Origin: Synechococcus sp.
Lineage (GTDB): Bacteria; Cyanobacteriota; Cyanobacteriia; PCC-6307; Cyanobiaceae
DNA length: 64,000 nucleotides
NCBI GenBank assembly: GCA_047285535.1
Contig: JBJBDC010000001.1
Span: forward strand, 2,016,136-2,080,135
Reading direction: 5' to 3'
Shown: positions 60,995 to 64,000 of the stretch, one piece after another
Layout of the letters: every line of letters starts with the position of its first letter
Numbering within the stretch: position 1 is the stretch's first letter
Notes under the pieces: model-generated
Told to the model about the DNA's origin: nothing
Seen by the model: only the letters and a program-made list of their open reading frames with translations
The model's database searches: none
Made by a program: the position numbers and the translations under genes

Positions 60995-62305
60995 TTAACC
61001 ACCAGTTTGCGCCAGATCAACCCAACCTGCCTTCACCAAAGCGCAGAGAGCTCTGATCAAAGCCAGCTCAACATGGGCGCGGTGGGTGCCTCCTTGGACG
61101 TACAAATTAAACGGTGCTCGCAAGGGAGCATCAGCCGAAAACTCACTGGTGCTGCCATCGATGAAGGTGCCACCTGCCATCACAAGATCACTGGCATAAC
61201 CCGGCATTGAGGCAGGCACGGGATCGAGGTAAGACCCCACCGGCGACGCGCCCTGGAAAGCCCTGCAAATCAATTTCAAGGCTTCTGGGTCTCCAATCTG
61301 AACGGCCTGAATGAGATCACTGCGGAACTCACCGGCTGAAGGCTGCACGGGAAAGCCAAGATCAGCAAACACAGCCGCGACCAAATCAGCGCCAATCAGC
61401 GCCTCTGCAACCATCTGAGGGGCAAGGAACAAGCCCTGCAGCAAGAGACGGTGCAGGTCAAAACCGCTTCCGGCCTCGCTGCCGATTCCTGGAGCCGTGA
61501 GCCTGCAACAAGCTTGTTCCACCAAAGAGGCACGACCTGCCACATAGCCACCAGCGGGAGCAATCGTGCCCCCAAGATTTTTGATTAAGGAACCTGCCAC
61601 CAAATCAGCCCCCACTTCAGGGGGCTCGCGCTCCTCCACTAGCTCTCCATAACAATTGTCAACGAAACACACACATTCAGGCTGGCGGGTATGAATGCGG
61701 TCACAGAGCCGGCCAATCGCGTCAACGGACAACGATGGACGCCAGCTGTAGCCACAGCTGCGCTGAATTAACACCAACCGTTGCGGCGTTTCGAGGGCTT
61801 GATCCAGAGCGGCTTCGTCGACCACACCAGAGGCATGCAGAGGCAGCTCCTCGTAGGCCACCCCAAAGTCGCGCAGAGATCCCTTTCCCGTCCCCCTCAA
61901 GCCAATCACTTCCTCAAGGGTGTCGTAGGGCCGCCCCGTGATCGACAGCATTGTGTCTCCAGGGCGCAGCACACCGAACAAGGCGGCGGCGATCGCATGG
62001 GTACCACTCACAAACTGCAGACGCACGGCCGCGGCTTCAGCACCCAGAACCCTGGCGAACACGCGATCCAGGACCTCTCGCCCCTGATCTCCATGGCCAT
62101 AGCCGCTCACAGATGCGAAATGCTGGGTGCCAACTCGCTCAGCAGCAAAGGCCCCCAACACCTTCTCCAAGCGAACCGACACCGCTGCCGTCCGCTGCTC
62201 TGCCAAGGGTCTCAGCCGCGAGCGCGCCTTGCTAATCCGCGCTCGCGCCCAAACTTCGGCCGCTGCCGCCTGCCTAGGGTCATCCCCAGAATTTGAATCG
62301 ATCAC
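60995..62305 (-). CDS. Methionine gamma-lyase-like / aluminium-resistance family PLP protein
   Basis: GYGHGD.GR, VSGTHA, G.PYDTLEEVIG, IQRSCGY, FVDNCYGE, GSLIKN.GG. Confidence 0.9.
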   Translation of the reverse strand: MIDSNSGDDPRQAAAAEVWARARISKARSRLRPLAEQRTAAVSVRLEKVLGAFAAERVGTQHFASVSGYGHGDQGREVLDRVFARVLGAEAAAVRLQFVSGTHAIAAALFGVLRPGDTMLSITGRPYDTLEEVIGLRGTGKGSLRDFGVAYEELPLHASGVVDEAALDQALETPQRLVLIQRSCGYSWRPSLSVDAIGRLCDRIHTRQPECVCFVDNCYGELVEEREPPEVGADLVAGSLIKNLGGTIAPAGGYVAGRASLVEQACCRLTAPGIGSEAGSGFDLHRLLLQGLFLAPQMVAEALIGADLVAAVFADLGFPVQPSAGEFRSDLIQAVQIGDPEALKLICRAFQGASPVGSYLDPVPASMPGYASDLVMAGGTFIDGSTSEFSADAPLRAPFNLYVQGGTHRAHVELALIRALCALVKAGWVDLAQTGG

Positions 62306-62418
62306 TCCTGAATTTGCACTTTTCGGACTGGGTTCTTTTACATTCGCATCTTCAGCCGACTAAAAATTCAGCGGTTTCCCACCGTCTGCATCTTTAGATA
62401 CGGCGCAAGGAGTCTGTT

Positions 62419-63330
62419 TTGGTCACATCCATCCCGACTGACGCCAGCACCAAACGCGAGTTGCGCATACGCGCAGCCGTGATGGCACCGCGTCAGACAC
62501 TTCCCTCTCAACAGCGTCGCTTCAAGGGAGGAACGACCGGATTCATGGTTGTGATCCATGTCCTGGCGACGGTCGCCTTGCTTCCACGCTTTTGGAGCTG
62601 GCAAGGCCTGGTCGCTTTTGGCGTTTTGTACTGGATGACGGTGATCGGCGTCACCCTGGGCCTGCATCGGCTGGTCGCCCACCGCAGCTTTGCCGTACCC
62701 GGCTGGCTCGAACGCATCCTCGTACTCATGGGCAGCCTGGCCGCCCAGAGCGGACCGATCGATTGGGTTGCCCTGCATCGTCACCACCATCGTTTTTCGG
62801 ATCAACCCAACGACCATCACGATGCGGGCCGGGGGTTGTGGTGGAGTCACAGCGAATGGATGCTCCATGACATTCCCGCGTTAAGGGAGAAGCATCGTTT
62901 CGCAGGCGATCTGCTGAACGATCGTTTTTACGTCTGGCTCGATCGCTGGTTCCTCTTGCTCCAAATCCCCCTGGGTCTTGCCTTGTATTGGTATGGAGAA
63001 GCAGCAGGCGTGCACGGTGGTGGTGTCGGCCTGGTTCTGTGGGCCATCCCTCTTCGGCTTGTCGTCGTTTACCACGTGACTTGGTTGGTGAATTCTGCAA
63101 CCCACGCTTTTGGATACCGGAACTTCAACAGCCCGGATTTGTCTCGTAATTGTTGGTGGGTTGCCGTGCTCTCCTTTGGCGAGGGCTGGCATAACAATCA
63201 TCATGCTTATCCCGATAGCGCCCGCCACGGCCTGCGTTGGTTCGAATTCGACATCACCTGGATGCACATTCGCCTGCTCCAGCGACTCGGACTCACGCGG
63301 AGGATTCGTCAAGCGCGCTACTCGGGCTGA
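62419..63330 (+). CDS. desC: Delta-9 acyl-lipid desaturase
   Basis: His boxes HRLVAH, HRHHH, HNNHH; VNSATH; GEGWH. Confidence 0.92.
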   Translation: MVTSIPTDASTKRELRIRAAVMAPRQTLPSQQRRFKGGTTGFMVVIHVLATVALLPRFWSWQGLVAFGVLYWMTVIGVTLGLHRLVAHRSFAVPGWLERILVLMGSLAAQSGPIDWVALHRHHHRFSDQPNDHHDAGRGLWWSHSEWMLHDIPALREKHRFAGDLLNDRFYVWLDRWFLLLQIPLGLALYWYGEAAGVHGGGVGLVLWAIPLRLVVVYHVTWLVNSATHAFGYRNFNSPDLSRNCWWVAVLSFGEGWHNNHHAYPDSARHGLRWFEFDITWMHIRLLQRLGLTRRIRQARYSG

Positions 63331-63995
63331 TGGCCCCTTGATGTCAGGGACGGGATACGGCTGCGCAATGCCTCAAGGAATGTTGCGGGAGTCTCCCCGT
63401 CTTGACCGTTCAGAGCGAGATGGGTGGCATGGAGGTCTAGGAATTCTCCATCAAGCTCATCAGCTGAGTAGTCGCGCAGCCCGGCCATGACCGCAGCAAA
63501 ACGTTCGCGACGTTGCGACTTACCAACCGGATAAGCCGTCATGACCTGGTCCCGACATTGACGCCACGACCGTCCGGCACAGAGGGTATCGGCTAGTGCA
63601 GCACTCAAACCAGCCGCTTCTCCTTCATGAATGCGCCAATCAAAACCTGGCGGCAAAGGGGCTAACCCAACAAAGATCTCTAACAACTCTCCAGCTCCGA
63701 GCGGGTTGCCGTTGGCGCTCACAACAGGAACAGCACTGCCTTCAAGCACCTTGAGAAGATCAGGATGAACCTCGGCCAAATGCTCCTGAATCGACTCCAA
63801 ACCACCATCAAGGATGGCATTGGCTTGACCTAGCGCCAGGAAAACCTCTGGACCTGGAGAAGCGAGCTTGCCATTGCGCAAGTTGGAGATTTGGGAGTTG
63901 TGCACCCGCCCGAGATCCAGGGCGTCCGCGAGGGCGGGCAACACCTTGTGCGACCAGCCATTGCGCTCATGCCACACATGAATCAAATGGGCCAT
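63318..63995 (-). CDS. Conserved hypothetical protein with possible XRE-like HTH N-terminus
   Basis: NGWSH...LA.....VHNSQISNLRNGK...P...F.AL pattern; ATG at 63995 is next to the window edge, so the start may lie upstream. Confidence 0.7.
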   Translation of the reverse strand: MAHLIHVWHERNGWSHKVLPALADALDLGRVHNSQISNLRNGKLASPGPEVFLALGQANAILDGGLESIQEHLAEVHPDLLKVLEGSAVPVVSANGNPLGAGELLEIFVGLAPLPPGFDWRIHEGEAAGLSAALADTLCAGRSWRQCRDQVMTAYPVGKSQRRERFAAVMAGLRDYSADELDGEFLDLHATHLALNGQDGETPATFLEALRSRIPSLTSRGHQPE

Positions 63996-64000
63996 CGCCC

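Overview
This window looks like a marine Synechococcus-type chromosome segment, judged from gene content and order. The core backbone is clpB(partial)-gloA-eno-ABC1 kinase-argJ-coaE // gatB-thiO-ndk-speA // alaS-SNF2/SWIM-TRAP transporter-flv3-flv1-rubrerythrin-pirin-gcvP-gcvH-desC. It is interrupted by two multi-gene islands (coaE..gatB, 9.1-18.4 kb; speA..alaS, 28.4-39.1 kb) and several single-gene inserts. No rRNA, tRNA, CRISPR, integrase or transposase was recognised. Most notable: (1) a putative trans-envelope cAMP signalling cassette (cNMP-binding protein, CHASE2 adenylate cyclase, FecR-like/outer-membrane beta-barrel hybrid, divergent DUF3307), together with CRP-type TGTGA-N6-TCACA boxes upstream of several island genes for exported proteins; (2) eroded duplicates of the flanking core genes (coaE, probably twice, and the gatB 3' end) inside the first island, suggesting cassettes were stacked by recombination into core genes; (3) an apparently exact 3x686-bp amplification of a terminator/CRP box/secreted glycine-zipper gene unit, bounded by a 10-bp microhomology. 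All domain calls come from motif recognition by eye; no database searches were run.
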